Assembly (NCBI GenBank): GCA_035545015.1
Contig: DASZZD010000016.1
Coordinates: forward strand, 13,102 to 77,101
Reading direction: 5' to 3'
Length of the DNA: 64,000 bases
Origin: Phycisphaerae bacterium
Lineage (GTDB): Bacteria; Planctomycetota; Phycisphaerae; WQYP01
The notes under the pieces are model-generated. The model worked only from the letters and a program-made list of their open reading frames with translations, made no database searches and was not told where the DNA came from. Both the position numbers and the translations under genes were made by a program. The stretch's first letter is position 1; each line of letters opens with the position of its first letter. This document shows positions 38,662-48,434 of this stretch, one piece after another.

Positions 38662-40838
38662 CACAGCCGCAAGTCCGGCGTCGTCGAATCCAGAATTGCC
38701 CGCCACACCCGTTCCGCCACGTTCGTCCGGCGGTCCACTAAAATCTCCGCGCGACCAGTCATGCCATCCGCCAGAAATCCCGCATCCGGAGGCAGATTCA
38801 CGAACACCGTGCTCCGCCGGTTCGTCGACCGCACCTGCCCCTTCGCATCCGCCTTCACATCCACATCGCCGCGCACCGCGCTGCTGAGCGCCGGATGCAG
38901 CAACTGATCCGATATCTCCGAGCTCACCCGGCTCACCGTCGACTCGATCGGATTCGCCGGGTCCGACCACAGCCGGATTTTCACCGGCATCCCCGGCTTC
39001 ACCACCGCGGCCTGCTGCTGGGGCAGGCTCAGCCGCGCCTGCAGCTTGTCGGTGCGAATGACCCGGCACAGCGCCACGTTCGAGGCCACAAAGTTCCCCA
39101 CGAGGCTCTTGAGCGATGTGTCGCGCACGATCACGCCATCCACCGGCGCCCGCAGCGTCAGGTTGGCGATTTCCTGCTGGACGAAGGCTATGCGCTTGTC
39201 ATACGCCGCGATCGCATCATCCGCCGCCGCGCTCAAGCTCGGGTTGCCATGCGCCAGAGCCTCGCTCGATTGCAGCGCCGCCGCCGCGCGCTGGCTCTGC
39301 ACCTGCTCCAGTTCCGTCGTCAGCGTCGGGTCCGTCAGCTTCACGATCACCTCTCCCTTGGTGACGCGTTCCCCCGTGTCTTTGGCCACCGATTCCACAT
39401 ATCCGGGCGTGCGCACGAACACCGGCTCGTCGCTGGCGCTCAGCACCACCAGCGGCTCGCGAATCGACCGCGTCCAGGGCATGAAGGCCACGCCCAGCAG
39501 AATGATCGCCGCCGCCCCGGCCACGGCCCCCATGTACGCCAGCCGCTTGCCCATGTCCCAGCGCTGTTTCCACACAAACGCCATCGACTTGAGCATCGGC
39601 CAGAGCACCGTCATCACGACGTATACCACCGCCAGCAATATCCCGAACGGCGCCAATCCGAACTGCCCGAAGAAGTAATACAGCAGCGTGATCACCCCGA
39701 AGATCACCATCCATTTGTACACCGTGCTGGCCACCGCGAAGCCCACCAGCCAGCCTGCGCGCCCCTGGTCGGGCGGTGCCTGGGGCTTGAGCTTGAGCAC
39801 CCACTTCTGCAGGTAGTAGCCAATGAGCTGCCGGCCCTTGGTCATGAGGTTGGGAATTTCCAGCAGGTCGGCCAGGAAGTAGTAGCCGTCATAACGCAGC
39901 AGCGGGTTGGCGTTGAAAAACAGCGTCGCCACGCTGCAGGAGATCATCGTATTGAGCGCGATCTGGTTGATGACGCCATCGGAGGGCGTGTACAGCCACA
40001 CGAATGTCGCCAGCGCCGCGATCACCAGCTCCACCACCACCCCGCCCGCGTTGATCCACAGCCGCGCGCTGCGCGAGGGAATCATCCAGGCGTCGCTGGT
40101 ATCGCAGTAAAAGCTCGGCGTGATGACGAACAGCATCACCCCCATGCTCGACACTTCGCCCCCGAAATGCTTCGCCGTCAGGCCGTGCCCGAATTCGTGG
40201 AACACCTTCGTGCAGATGAACACGCCATAGAGCACCAGCAAATTCTGCCACGACAGCAGGTTGTAGGGCAGGTTCGCCAGGCGGTCGGTGCTCATCAGCA
40301 CATTCCACAGCGCCACCAGCACCAGCCCGATCGCGGCGATCCCGGTGATCGGATTAAAGATCACCTTGCCGATCGTGTCATCGAGGAACGTCAGCAGCCG
40401 GTCGGGATGAAACACCGGGACCTTGAAAAACAGAAAATTCTGCGCCAGCTCCATCCATCGCTGCCGCCGCGCCGCCGAGCGGCGCTTGGTCAGCCACTCC
40501 GCGTGCCCCAGCCCCTCGCCCACCAGCAGGTGCGATTCATGGAGCATCCCCACGAACCGCAGGACATCCTGCACCGTCAGGCTGCTTTCGGGAAACTGCT
40601 GCTGGATCAGCCCCAGCAGGTCCCGCGCCGTCCGCTGGCCGTCGAACTGCGTGATGAGGAAATGCTCGACCGGCTGCAAACGGAAATAGCGCAGCGTCAC
40701 GGGATCCTTCATCACGAAGCACAACTGCCCGTAAAAAAGCTGCGGGCTGATCACGATGTCCGCGCGCAGCGGCGAGATCGGCCGATCCGCCGGCTCCGCC
40801 CCCACCGCCACCCGATAATCCCGCCGCTCTTCGCGCAT
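38661..40838 (-). CDS. M50 (site-2) metallopeptidase fused to HlyD-type adaptor, with PqqD-like N-domain
   Basis: KDPVTLRYFRL...FDGQRT, FHEFGH (HExxH), NPLLRYDGYY, lipoyl half-motifs TGERVTKGE / LRAPVDG. Confidence 0.88.
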   Translation of the reverse strand: MREERRDYRVAVGAEPADRPISPLRADIVISPQLFYGQLCFVMKDPVTLRYFRLQPVEHFLITQFDGQRTARDLLGLIQQQFPESSLTVQDVLRFVGMLHESHLLVGEGLGHAEWLTKRRSAARRQRWMELAQNFLFFKVPVFHPDRLLTFLDDTIGKVIFNPITGIAAIGLVLVALWNVLMSTDRLANLPYNLLSWQNLLVLYGVFICTKVFHEFGHGLTAKHFGGEVSSMGVMLFVITPSFYCDTSDAWMIPSRSARLWINAGGVVVELVIAALATFVWLYTPSDGVINQIALNTMISCSVATLFFNANPLLRYDGYYFLADLLEIPNLMTKGRQLIGYYLQKWVLKLKPQAPPDQGRAGWLVGFAVASTVYKWMVIFGVITLLYYFFGQFGLAPFGILLAVVYVVMTVLWPMLKSMAFVWKQRWDMGKRLAYMGAVAGAAAIILLGVAFMPWTRSIREPLVVLSASDEPVFVRTPGYVESVAKDTGERVTKGEVIVKLTDPTLTTELEQVQSQRAAAALQSSEALAHGNPSLSAAADDAIAAYDKRIAFVQQEIANLTLRAPVDGVIVRDTSLKSLVGNFVASNVALCRVIRTDKLQARLSLPQQQAAVVKPGMPVKIRLWSDPANPIESTVSRVSSEISDQLLHPALSSAVRGDVDVKADAKGQVRSTNRRSTVFVNLPPDAGFLADGMTGRAEILVDRRTNVAERVWRAILDSTTPDLRL

Positions 40839-40846
40839 CCCAATCC

Positions 40847-40895
40847 TTACTGACTACTCACTACTAACTACTGACTTCTGTCTACTGACTACTCA
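40847..40895. repeat. Heptamer tandem repeat (CTACTGA)x7
   Basis: ttactga ctactca ctactaa ctactga cttctgt ctactga ctactca fills the intergenic gap. Confidence 0.85.
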
Positions 40896-42935
40896 GAAAA
40901 ACAACGTCATCTTCAACAACCGCATCGCCCCGCGCGTCCACTGCGTCGCCAGCGGCTTGTGCCCCACGTGAATCTTCGCACGCCCCGTCACGCCGCTCAT
41001 CGCGATCCCCGGCGGCAGATTGTCCTTCTTGAGCTTCACCTGCAGCCGGAACACGTTCGCATTCTTGTCCTGCGTCGACGCCGGCAACAACGTCGCCGTT
41101 CCGATCGCGTGCACCTCGTACCGCTCGTCCGGCCACGGATACAAAATGTACTCAACCTCGATCCCCGGGTCCGGCTTGTCCTCCGCCGCCGCCTGCCGCG
41201 ACGCTTTCTCCAGCGCCCCCTGCACCGTCGCCACCTCGCTCTCGGGCACGTCCACCACCAGCTCCCAATCCGAAAAGCTCGCCACTTCCATCAGCGGCTC
41301 GCCTTTCTTGGGCGTGCTCCACTGCTTCTGCTCCACGTTTTCCGTCAGCACCGTCCCGTCGATCGGGCTATACACCGTGCACAGGTCAATCTCGTGCTCC
41401 AGTTGCTTGGCCTCGCTGGCGATCTGGTCCATGTCCTGGTGCAGCGACTGCACCTTCGCCGCGTCGCCCTTCTGCTCCGCCACCTGCAAATCGCTCTGCT
41501 TCTGCCGATAGTCCGACACCACCTTCGCGTGCTCCGTCAACAACTCCGTGTCGTCGAACACCGCCAGCGGCTTGACCAGGTCGCCTTTCTCCGCCTGCAT
41601 GCTCCTGGGATACACGTGCTCTCCCGCACGCACCGGAATGTCCACGATCCGCCCATCCAGCGGCGCCACGATCGGCAATTGCGCCGTCGGACGCACCTGG
41701 CAATCCGCCTTGATCGAAAAATCCATCGGAATCACCCCGATGATCGCAATCGCAATCGCGATCGCCCCGCCCACGATCAACCCCACCGTCCGCTTCGGAC
41801 TCGCCGGCTTCCGCCACAGATCGCGCACCGCGTGGAACGCTTTCATCAGTGGCACCGATTCCACCTCGATCGCGTTGGTCACGCTCGCCACGCTCAGCCG
41901 CGACACCTCCGCCAGCAGCGCCTGATGCTCCTGCGCCGCCTCCGTGGTGGAATACTCGACGAAGATCACCCCCAGCACGGGGTCCGTCGGCGCATCGCCT
42001 TTGATCGGCGCCGCCAGAAACGCCTCAAACGTGCTTGCCGCGAAATACGCCGTCGCCGCATCCTGCAAGTCCGGATCGCTCACCAGTTGCTTCACCGCCC
42101 CGCGGTCCAGCGCCACCGGCACGTGGCGGTCGCGCACGTAATCGAAAATCAGCCGCTGCACCTGGAACAGGTTCGCCCGTTTGTTGGGCTCATCGACATT
42201 GGACACCGCCAGCACGCGCTTCCGCACCCGCGGATACGCCTCCACCGTCACCCGCTCGGCCTCCAGCACGTCGCGCGACAGATTCGCAATGTCCACCGTC
42301 ACCTGCCCCAGGAACAGGTGCTTGTGAATCTCATCCGTGAAGCGCACCAGCTTGTTGCTCGTCCCCCGGTCCTTCTCCATCAAACTCAAATGCCGCTCGG
42401 TGAGCGTCTGCTCCACCGCCCCCACCATCCGCGCCAGAAAATTCAAAAACGTCCGGTGCAGCGTCCCATCACTCACCGGCGGCGGCGGCACCGCCATCAT
42501 CAGCACCATCGCCGCCTTCCCATGCAGCCGCATCGGTACAAATAGCAGTTCCATCGCCGACGGATTCATCGGCGAATCCACACCCTCCGATTCCACATAA
42601 AACGCCGGCACAATCAGCGGCTTCCCCTCCCGCGCGCACCGCCGCACCCCCGTCACCACCCCCGCGATCGCCGCCCCCTCCGCCAGCAACTGGAGGCCCC
42701 CCAACTGGTGTTCCAGAATCAACTCCGGCTTGTCGGGATGCTCCGTCACCCACCCCCCCGCCCCGCCCGCCTGCAACGCCGCTCCGCTCAGCCGCACCAT
42801 CTCCGCCAGAATCCGATCCGTCGCCGGCTTCGCTTCGATCACCTTCCCCAGCGCCTGCACCGCCTGCTGCAGAACCGTCGCCAGATCGCCCCCGCCCGCC
42901 CCCGTCATGTTCGGAACAACACCCGCTGGCGTCAT
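40893..42935 (-). CDS. GAF-like domains + HlyD-family periplasmic adaptor
   Basis: Two GAF-like N-domains, TM, IVAPLDGRI...VRAGE, coiled coil, VYSPIDGTV, GVTGRAKI. Confidence 0.82.
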   Translation of the reverse strand: MTPAGVVPNMTGAGGGDLATVLQQAVQALGKVIEAKPATDRILAEMVRLSGAALQAGGAGGWVTEHPDKPELILEHQLGGLQLLAEGAAIAGVVTGVRRCAREGKPLIVPAFYVESEGVDSPMNPSAMELLFVPMRLHGKAAMVLMMAVPPPPVSDGTLHRTFLNFLARMVGAVEQTLTERHLSLMEKDRGTSNKLVRFTDEIHKHLFLGQVTVDIANLSRDVLEAERVTVEAYPRVRKRVLAVSNVDEPNKRANLFQVQRLIFDYVRDRHVPVALDRGAVKQLVSDPDLQDAATAYFAASTFEAFLAAPIKGDAPTDPVLGVIFVEYSTTEAAQEHQALLAEVSRLSVASVTNAIEVESVPLMKAFHAVRDLWRKPASPKRTVGLIVGGAIAIAIAIIGVIPMDFSIKADCQVRPTAQLPIVAPLDGRIVDIPVRAGEHVYPRSMQAEKGDLVKPLAVFDDTELLTEHAKVVSDYRQKQSDLQVAEQKGDAAKVQSLHQDMDQIASEAKQLEHEIDLCTVYSPIDGTVLTENVEQKQWSTPKKGEPLMEVASFSDWELVVDVPESEVATVQGALEKASRQAAAEDKPDPGIEVEYILYPWPDERYEVHAIGTATLLPASTQDKNANVFRLQVKLKKDNLPPGIAMSGVTGRAKIHVGHKPLATQWTRGAMRLLKMTLFF

Positions 42936-43279
42936 ACAGTTTCCTCGCTCAGAGTGGTACGCCTCCGCGAACCCCGCCCTTTTCACATCGTCACAAGACG
43001 ATCCGCCCCACCACAAACTCATGCAATTACAAGGAGCTAAGTGTAGGCAATCCCCCCCGCCGAGAAAAGCAAAACCTCCCCCCTTTTCGAGAAAGTTACC
43101 CCGGCTCAACCGACGTCACGCCCTCTGTAAAATCCTCAGCCCTGGCGATCCCCAAGGGAATTCGCACCAATACTCAAAGCGTTCGTGGTCCTTCACTCAT
43201 TCGTGTCTTCGTGTTGAAGTCCGTCGTCGCCGGCGCGCCTACAATCCCACGAGGCGCATGCAGCGCCGAATCGAGGTGC

Positions 43280-43990
43280 ATGATGCCCGCCACTCTCCAC
43301 CGCCCGCATGCCCGCACGCACGCTCCCGCAAAGCGACCCTTCGACATCCATAAGGCCATCCCGCTCCTGCGCGAGGCCGTCGAACCCTTCCCCGCCGCCG
43401 CCATGTTCGAGCTGCGTGACAAAGGCTATTCCACCCTTTTTCAGCAGCTCATCGCCTGCATCATTTCCATCCGCACGCGCGACGAAGTCTCCCTGCCCAC
43501 CGCCATTGGCCTCTTCGAAAAAGCCGCCACCCCCCACGCCATCGCCGACCTCACCGTTACCGAAATCGACCAGCTCATTCACGCCGCCACTTTCCACTAC
43601 CCCAAAGCCAAAACCATTCACGACATCGCCAGAAAAATCCTCTCCGATTTCCACGGCCACCTTCCCCCCGACCGCGACATCCTCCTCGCCCTCCCCGGTG
43701 TCGGCCCCAAGTGCGCCTCGCTGGCCCTCGGCGTCGCCGAAAAACAGCCCCACATCTCCGTCGACATCCACGTCCACCGCGTCACCAACCGCTGGGGTTA
43801 CATCCACGCCAAGACGCCCGAAAAAACCATGCTCGCCCTCATGGAAAAACTCCCCGAGGAATTCTGGATCGAACTCAACCGCCTCCTCGTCCCCTTCGGC
43901 AAACACATCTGCACCGCCGCCGCCCCCAGATGCTCCACCTGCCCCCTGCTCTCCATGTGCCAGCAAATCGGCGTCACCAGCCACCGCTGA
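43280..43990 (+). CDS. nth: Endonuclease III
   Basis: Hh[23 protein letters not shown], 4Fe-4S motif [17 protein letters not shown]. Confidence 0.92.
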   Translation: MMPATLHRPHARTHAPAKRPFDIHKAIPLLREAVEPFPAAAMFELRDKGYSTLFQQLIACIISIRTRDEVSLPTAIGLFEKAATPHAIADLTVTEIDQLIHAATFHYPKAKTIHDIARKILSDFHGHLPPDRDILLALPGVGPKCASLALGVAEKQPHISVDIHVHRVTNRWGYIHAKTPEKTMLALMEKLPEEFWIELNRLLVPFGKHICTAAAPRCSTCPLLSMCQQIGVTSHR

Positions 43991-44020
43991 TCCATCTATC
44001 GCCAATCCACATCCCCACAA

Positions 44021-44054
44021 ATTTGTGTTCATTGGTGTGCATTTGTGGACAATT
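44021..44054. repeat. Decamer-triplet intergenic repeat
   Basis: atttgtgttc-attggtgtgc-atttgtggacaatt; same family as 38628 and 45849. Confidence 0.6.
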
Positions 44055-44148
44055 TATCCGTTGCGTTCCCACCGGGCGCAGCGGTATCGTGCAAAAATCA
44101 CGGTGCAACACCGCACGTCCCGTTCGTCCAAATCTTGAGGAGGTTCCC

Positions 44149-45642
44149 ATGACCACGATGTCCTCCGCGCCCACGCGCTCCGCCACGTCCAAGCCCCCCG
44201 TCGACATCAAGCAAACCAAAATGCTCATCAACGGCGTCTGGCAAAATGCCGTCAGCGGCAAAACTTTCGAAACCCTCAACCCCGCCACCGGCGACGTCAT
44301 CGCCAAGGTCGCCGAAGGCGACAAGGCCGACGTCGACAAGGCCGTCGCCGCCGCACGCCACGCCTTCGACAAAGGCCCCTGGAAAAAAATGAACGCCCGC
44401 GAGCGCGGCAAAATCCTCTTCCGCCTCGCCGACCTCGTCGAAAAAAATCTCGAAGAACTCGCCAGGCTCGAATCCCTCGACAATGGCAAACCCCTCAACG
44501 ACGCCCGCACCGCCGACCTCCCCCTCGCCATCGACTGCTACCGCTACTACGCCGGATGGGCCGACAAAATCGAGGGCAAAACCATCCCCATCAACGGCAA
44601 CTTCTTCTGCTACACCCGCCACGAGCCCGTCGGCGTCGTCGGCCAGATCATCCCCTGGAATTTCCCCATCCTCATGCAGGCCTGGAAACTCGGACCCGCC
44701 CTCGCCACCGGCTGCACCATCATCCTCAAGCCCGCCGAGCAAACCCCGCTGACCGCCCTGCGCGTCGGCGAACTCGCCATGGAAGCCGGCCTCCCCGAAG
44801 GCGTCCTCAACATCATCCCCGGCTACGGTGAAACCGCCGGCGCCGCCATCGCCGAACATTACGATGTCGACAAGGTCGCCTTCACCGGCTCCACCGAGGT
44901 CGGCAAGCTCATCATGCAGGCCGCCGCCAAATCCAACCTCAAACGCGTCACCCTCGAGCTCGGCGGAAAATCCCCCAATATCGTCTTCGCCGACTCCGAC
45001 CTCGACGCCGCCGTCGAAGGCGCCTTCTTCGCCCTCTTCTTCAATCAGGGCCAGTGCTGCTGCGCCGGCTCACGCCTCTTCGTCGAACAGAAAGTCCACG
45101 ACCAGTTCGTCGAAAAACTCCACGCCCGCACCAAAAAGCAACGTGTCGGCGATCCCTTCAGCCCCGACACCACCCAGGGACCCCAGGTCTCCCAGGAGCA
45201 ATTCGACCGCGTCATGTCCTACATCGAATCCGGCAAACAACAGGGCGCCAAGCTCCTCCATGGCGGCAACCGCGTCGGCGACAAAGGCTTCTTCATCGAG
45301 CCCACCATCTTCACCAACGTCCAGGACAACCACAAAATCGCCCAGGAAGAAATCTTCGGACCCGTCCTCTCCGTCATCTCCTTCAAGGATGTCGAAGAAG
45401 TCATCGAGCGCGGCAACAAAAACATGTACGGCCTCGCCGCCGCCGTCTGGACACGCGACGTCAAAAAAGCCCACCGCCTCGCCGCCGAACTCAAGGCCGG
45501 CACCGTCTGGATCAACTGCTACGACGTCTTCGACGCCGCCGCCCCCTTCGGCGGCTTCAAAATGTCCGGCATCGGCCGCGAACTCGGCGAATACGCCCTC
45601 CGCAACTACACCGAAATCAAAACCGTCACCGTCGCCCTGTAA
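44149..45642 (+). CDS. Aldehyde dehydrogenase (ALDH1/2-like)
   Basis: [41 protein letters not shown]. Confidence 0.96.
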   Translation: MTTMSSAPTRSATSKPPVDIKQTKMLINGVWQNAVSGKTFETLNPATGDVIAKVAEGDKADVDKAVAAARHAFDKGPWKKMNARERGKILFRLADLVEKNLEELARLESLDNGKPLNDARTADLPLAIDCYRYYAGWADKIEGKTIPINGNFFCYTRHEPVGVVGQIIPWNFPILMQAWKLGPALATGCTIILKPAEQTPLTALRVGELAMEAGLPEGVLNIIPGYGETAGAAIAEHYDVDKVAFTGSTEVGKLIMQAAAKSNLKRVTLELGGKSPNIVFADSDLDAAVEGAFFALFFNQGQCCCAGSRLFVEQKVHDQFVEKLHARTKKQRVGDPFSPDTTQGPQVSQEQFDRVMSYIESGKQQGAKLLHGGNRVGDKGFFIEPTIFTNVQDNHKIAQEEIFGPVLSVISFKDVEEVIERGNKNMYGLAAAVWTRDVKKAHRLAAELKAGTVWINCYDVFDAAAPFGGFKMSGIGRELGEYALRNYTEIKTVTVAL

Positions 45643-45647
45643 CACCT

Positions 45648-45925
45648 TAAATGGCCACGAAACGCACGAAAGGCACGAAAAACATCGCCTTTTACAAAAT
45701 CTGAACTCCCCTTCTGAATTCCCCTCCTGCCCAATAAAAAGCCCGCACTGCTCACACAGCGCGGGCTTCTTTTACACACCAAAATAGCCACTCAAGTCAC
45801 ATCCACGACCCGCACACCAGACCCGCCCTCCCTAAACAACCAAAAACCATTCGTGCGCATTCGTGTGCATTTGTGGACAATTCCCGTCGTCCTTTCGTGC
45901 TTTTCGTGCCTTTCGTGGCCATTTA
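45648..45925. repeat. MITE-like element with 33-bp terminal inverted repeats
   Basis: taaatggccacgaaacgcacgaaaggcacgaaa (45648-45680) matches reverse complement of 45893-45925 at 31/33. Confidence 0.7.
45736..45773. terminator. Probable bidirectional terminator
   Basis: AAAAA-GCCCGC...GCGGGC-TTCTTTT between convergent genes. Confidence 0.6.
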
Positions 45926-45936
45926 CCGTCGTCGCG

Positions 45937-48309
45937 TCACCGCAACGGCGCCTGCGCCGCATCCGGCGCCGCATCCTCGTTTAACTCCAGTCGCAGGTAA
46001 TCCCACACCACGCCGCTGTCCAGGTCCCCGCCTGGAACCGTCAGCGTCATGTGGTTCTCTCCCTGCTTCAACTGCGACGCATCAAACGCCTGCGCGTATT
46101 GATACCACAGCCCATGATCCGTGTTGTACCGCAACGCATTCGTCGACGCCGTCCGAATCGTCCCAACATCCTTCCCGTTTACTCCCACGGCCAGGCCACC
46201 GCCACCGTCCGAACCCGCCAGCGCCACACGCAGCGTCGCCTGCCCCTTGGGCGCATGATCCATGTTGAAATTGATCGTCCACGTCACCGGTCCGCCCCGG
46301 CCGAACAAGTTCCAGGGCGTCCCCTTGCTTTCGTTCTGCGGATACTGCTCCAGGCTGAACGTCTTTACCCACCCGAACCGCTGGTTCGCCACGTCCTTGG
46401 CATCCGGATTCGCCCACACCGATTGCTCCGCCGATTGCCGCGGAACTTCCTCGAAGAACCAATCCTTCGCTGGATCGCTCTTCCCAATCGTGTAGTTCAC
46501 ATCCCCCTTGTTGAACAACGCCCCATACCGCACCGGCCAACCCCACAGCCAGTAATCCGCCCCGTCCCCTTTGAAAAATTCCCGCGACGTCTTGTTGGGA
46601 TACCCGATCTCCCACACCTGTTTCCCATACCGCAGCGGCTCCCACTTCAACTGCCCCAGATCAATGCTCTTGCCCGGCTCCACCGTGATGTCCGCCTTGG
46701 CAAAATCGCCCAGCACGCCATCCGCCCACGCATGCAGCGTGTATTTCCCCGGACGCACGTCGGCAATCGTGAATTTCCCATCATCCGTCCCGGTCACCCA
46801 GAACTGATAGTGCTTCGCATCATGCTTGTAATCGCGCGCTCCAAACCCAAATCCCCCGAACCCGCCGCGTCCGCCAAACCGCCCGCCCCGCGCACCCGGC
46901 GCGCCCCCGGGACCGCCCCGGCCCCTTCCCGGCGCCGCCGCCGCGGTCAGCATCGTCCCGTCGGGCAGCATCTCCGGACCCGTCGCCCCACGCCCCCGGC
47001 CACGACCGCCGGCACCGCCCTCGGGCGCGGGCTCATCCGGATACGCCAGCCCCACCGTCAGCCCCGGCAGCTTCGTCGTCTTGGCCTGCGGATCATCCAG
47101 CACCAACTGCCCCGTCACCGTCCCACGCTGGTCCTTGTGCGGATAATCCACCCCGTTCACCCAGTCATACGGCCACGCCGCGCGCTCCTTCTTCGCCTGC
47201 GCCAGCGCATCGTCAAACAACGCCGTCTGGTTCGCCGTCCACGACGCCGGTACCGTCGGATTCCCTTGCGTCGCCTTCAGCGTCGCCAGTTCCTCCGGTG
47301 TCGTCGGCTGCGGCTGCGACAGCGAGTTCACGTAAATAAAGATCGGCCCGACAACCTTCGTCCACTCCTCCCCTTCGTTGATGCTCGCCGACGCTCCCCC
47401 ACCGTAATGCGTCCCACGCCAGTAATCCAAAAGAATCGGATCCGGATCGTCATTGTCCCCAAGGTGCACGTCCAGTTCGCACTTGCTCGCACCGCCGCTC
47501 AAATACTCGATCGTCGGATTGATGAACCACACCCCCACGTGATCCTTCGTGCTCGACCACCCGTACGCCGGGCAATCAAACTGCACCCCCGTGTAGCTGT
47601 ACTTGTGCTCCACCGAATTCTTGTAATTCCCCTGGTCCATGATCCGCTGTTCTTTCGCATGCACCACCACCCCCGTCCCCCAATCCTTCGGCGCACACTC
47701 CAGCAGGTTCCGGTCCTTGTCCACGCTGATCCAGTTGAAGTCCTGGTTCACCCGCATGATGAACCGGTCCTCCGGCACATTCAGCCGGCCATACTCCTTC
47801 GGATGCGAAAAGATCGCATACACGTGCGCCCCGCTCTCGCCACGCGCCAGCGACCACCGCACCTCCTCATCCATGTTCATCGTCCCGCCCCGCGCACCTC
47901 CCGGTGATCCCGGCGTCAACCCCACCTTCCCACCGGTCACCCCCTTGATCGACACCTCCGCCCGGTCCCCGTTGTTCTTGCTCGGATCGATCGTGATCGA
48001 ATCCGTCAGCCCCCCCACCTGCGCCGCCGCCGACGGCTCCGTCTCCCACCCGCCCACCGTCCCCTGGTCGTGCCCGCACAGGTCCTGCCCCTTGTAGAAC
48101 AGTTGCAGCGTCCCCCCCGTCTTCTTGCTCACCACCACCTTCACGATGCCATTATCCAGCGTGAACGTCTCCGCATCCTGTGACACCGTCACCGGCGTAT
48201 TGCCCGCCGGCTTATCCACGACCGGATCCGCCGCCCGCGCCACTGCCGCCGACAGCGCCATCGCCACAAGCGCACCCGACGCCACCGCCACACCACGCAT
48301 CTGGTTCAT
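45937..48309 (-). CDS. Secreted rhamnogalacturonan lyase (PL4-like)
   Basis: TLDNGIV, VEHKYSY, NPTIEYLSGG, WTKVVGP, AWPYDW, YQFW, VRPGKYTLHAW, WEIG, VVWDYLRLE. Confidence 0.88.
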   Translation of the reverse strand: MNQMRGVAVASGALVAMALSAAVARAADPVVDKPAGNTPVTVSQDAETFTLDNGIVKVVVSKKTGGTLQLFYKGQDLCGHDQGTVGGWETEPSAAAQVGGLTDSITIDPSKNNGDRAEVSIKGVTGGKVGLTPGSPGGARGGTMNMDEEVRWSLARGESGAHVYAIFSHPKEYGRLNVPEDRFIMRVNQDFNWISVDKDRNLLECAPKDWGTGVVVHAKEQRIMDQGNYKNSVEHKYSYTGVQFDCPAYGWSSTKDHVGVWFINPTIEYLSGGASKCELDVHLGDNDDPDPILLDYWRGTHYGGGASASINEGEEWTKVVGPIFIYVNSLSQPQPTTPEELATLKATQGNPTVPASWTANQTALFDDALAQAKKERAAWPYDWVNGVDYPHKDQRGTVTGQLVLDDPQAKTTKLPGLTVGLAYPDEPAPEGGAGGRGRGRGATGPEMLPDGTMLTAAAAPGRGRGGPGGAPGARGGRFGGRGGFGGFGFGARDYKHDAKHYQFWVTGTDDGKFTIADVRPGKYTLHAWADGVLGDFAKADITVEPGKSIDLGQLKWEPLRYGKQVWEIGYPNKTSREFFKGDGADYWLWGWPVRYGALFNKGDVNYTIGKSDPAKDWFFEEVPRQSAEQSVWANPDAKDVANQRFGWVKTFSLEQYPQNESKGTPWNLFGRGGPVTWTINFNMDHAPKGQATLRVALAGSDGGGGLAVGVNGKDVGTIRTASTNALRYNTDHGLWYQYAQAFDASQLKQGENHMTLTVPGGDLDSGVVWDYLRLELNEDAAPDAAQAPLR

Positions 48310-48369
48310 AAAAACCTCCGTTTCGCCAAGTGCAACGCGCCGCCCCGCTCCTTTATTGCCATCGCGCCC

Positions 48370-48397
48370 ATTACCAATTACTAATTACCAATTACTC
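48370..48397. repeat. Heptamer tandem repeat (ATTACCA)x4
   Basis: attacca attacta attacca attactc in the divergent promoter region. Confidence 0.7.
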
Positions 48398-48434
48398 CCT
48401 GCTATACTCCCCGACCTTCCAATCCGGAGCCCCC

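Noticed and set aside
38895-42545. Long + strand ORFs (652 and 528 aa) and similar Arg/Pro/His-rich ORFs elsewhere, e.g. 15061-17115 and 46051-47907
   Set aside because: Shadows of well-supported opposite-strand genes
38505-45925. CRISPR array from the short repeats
   Set aside because: Units are 7-10 bp, adjacent, without unique spacers; no cas genes
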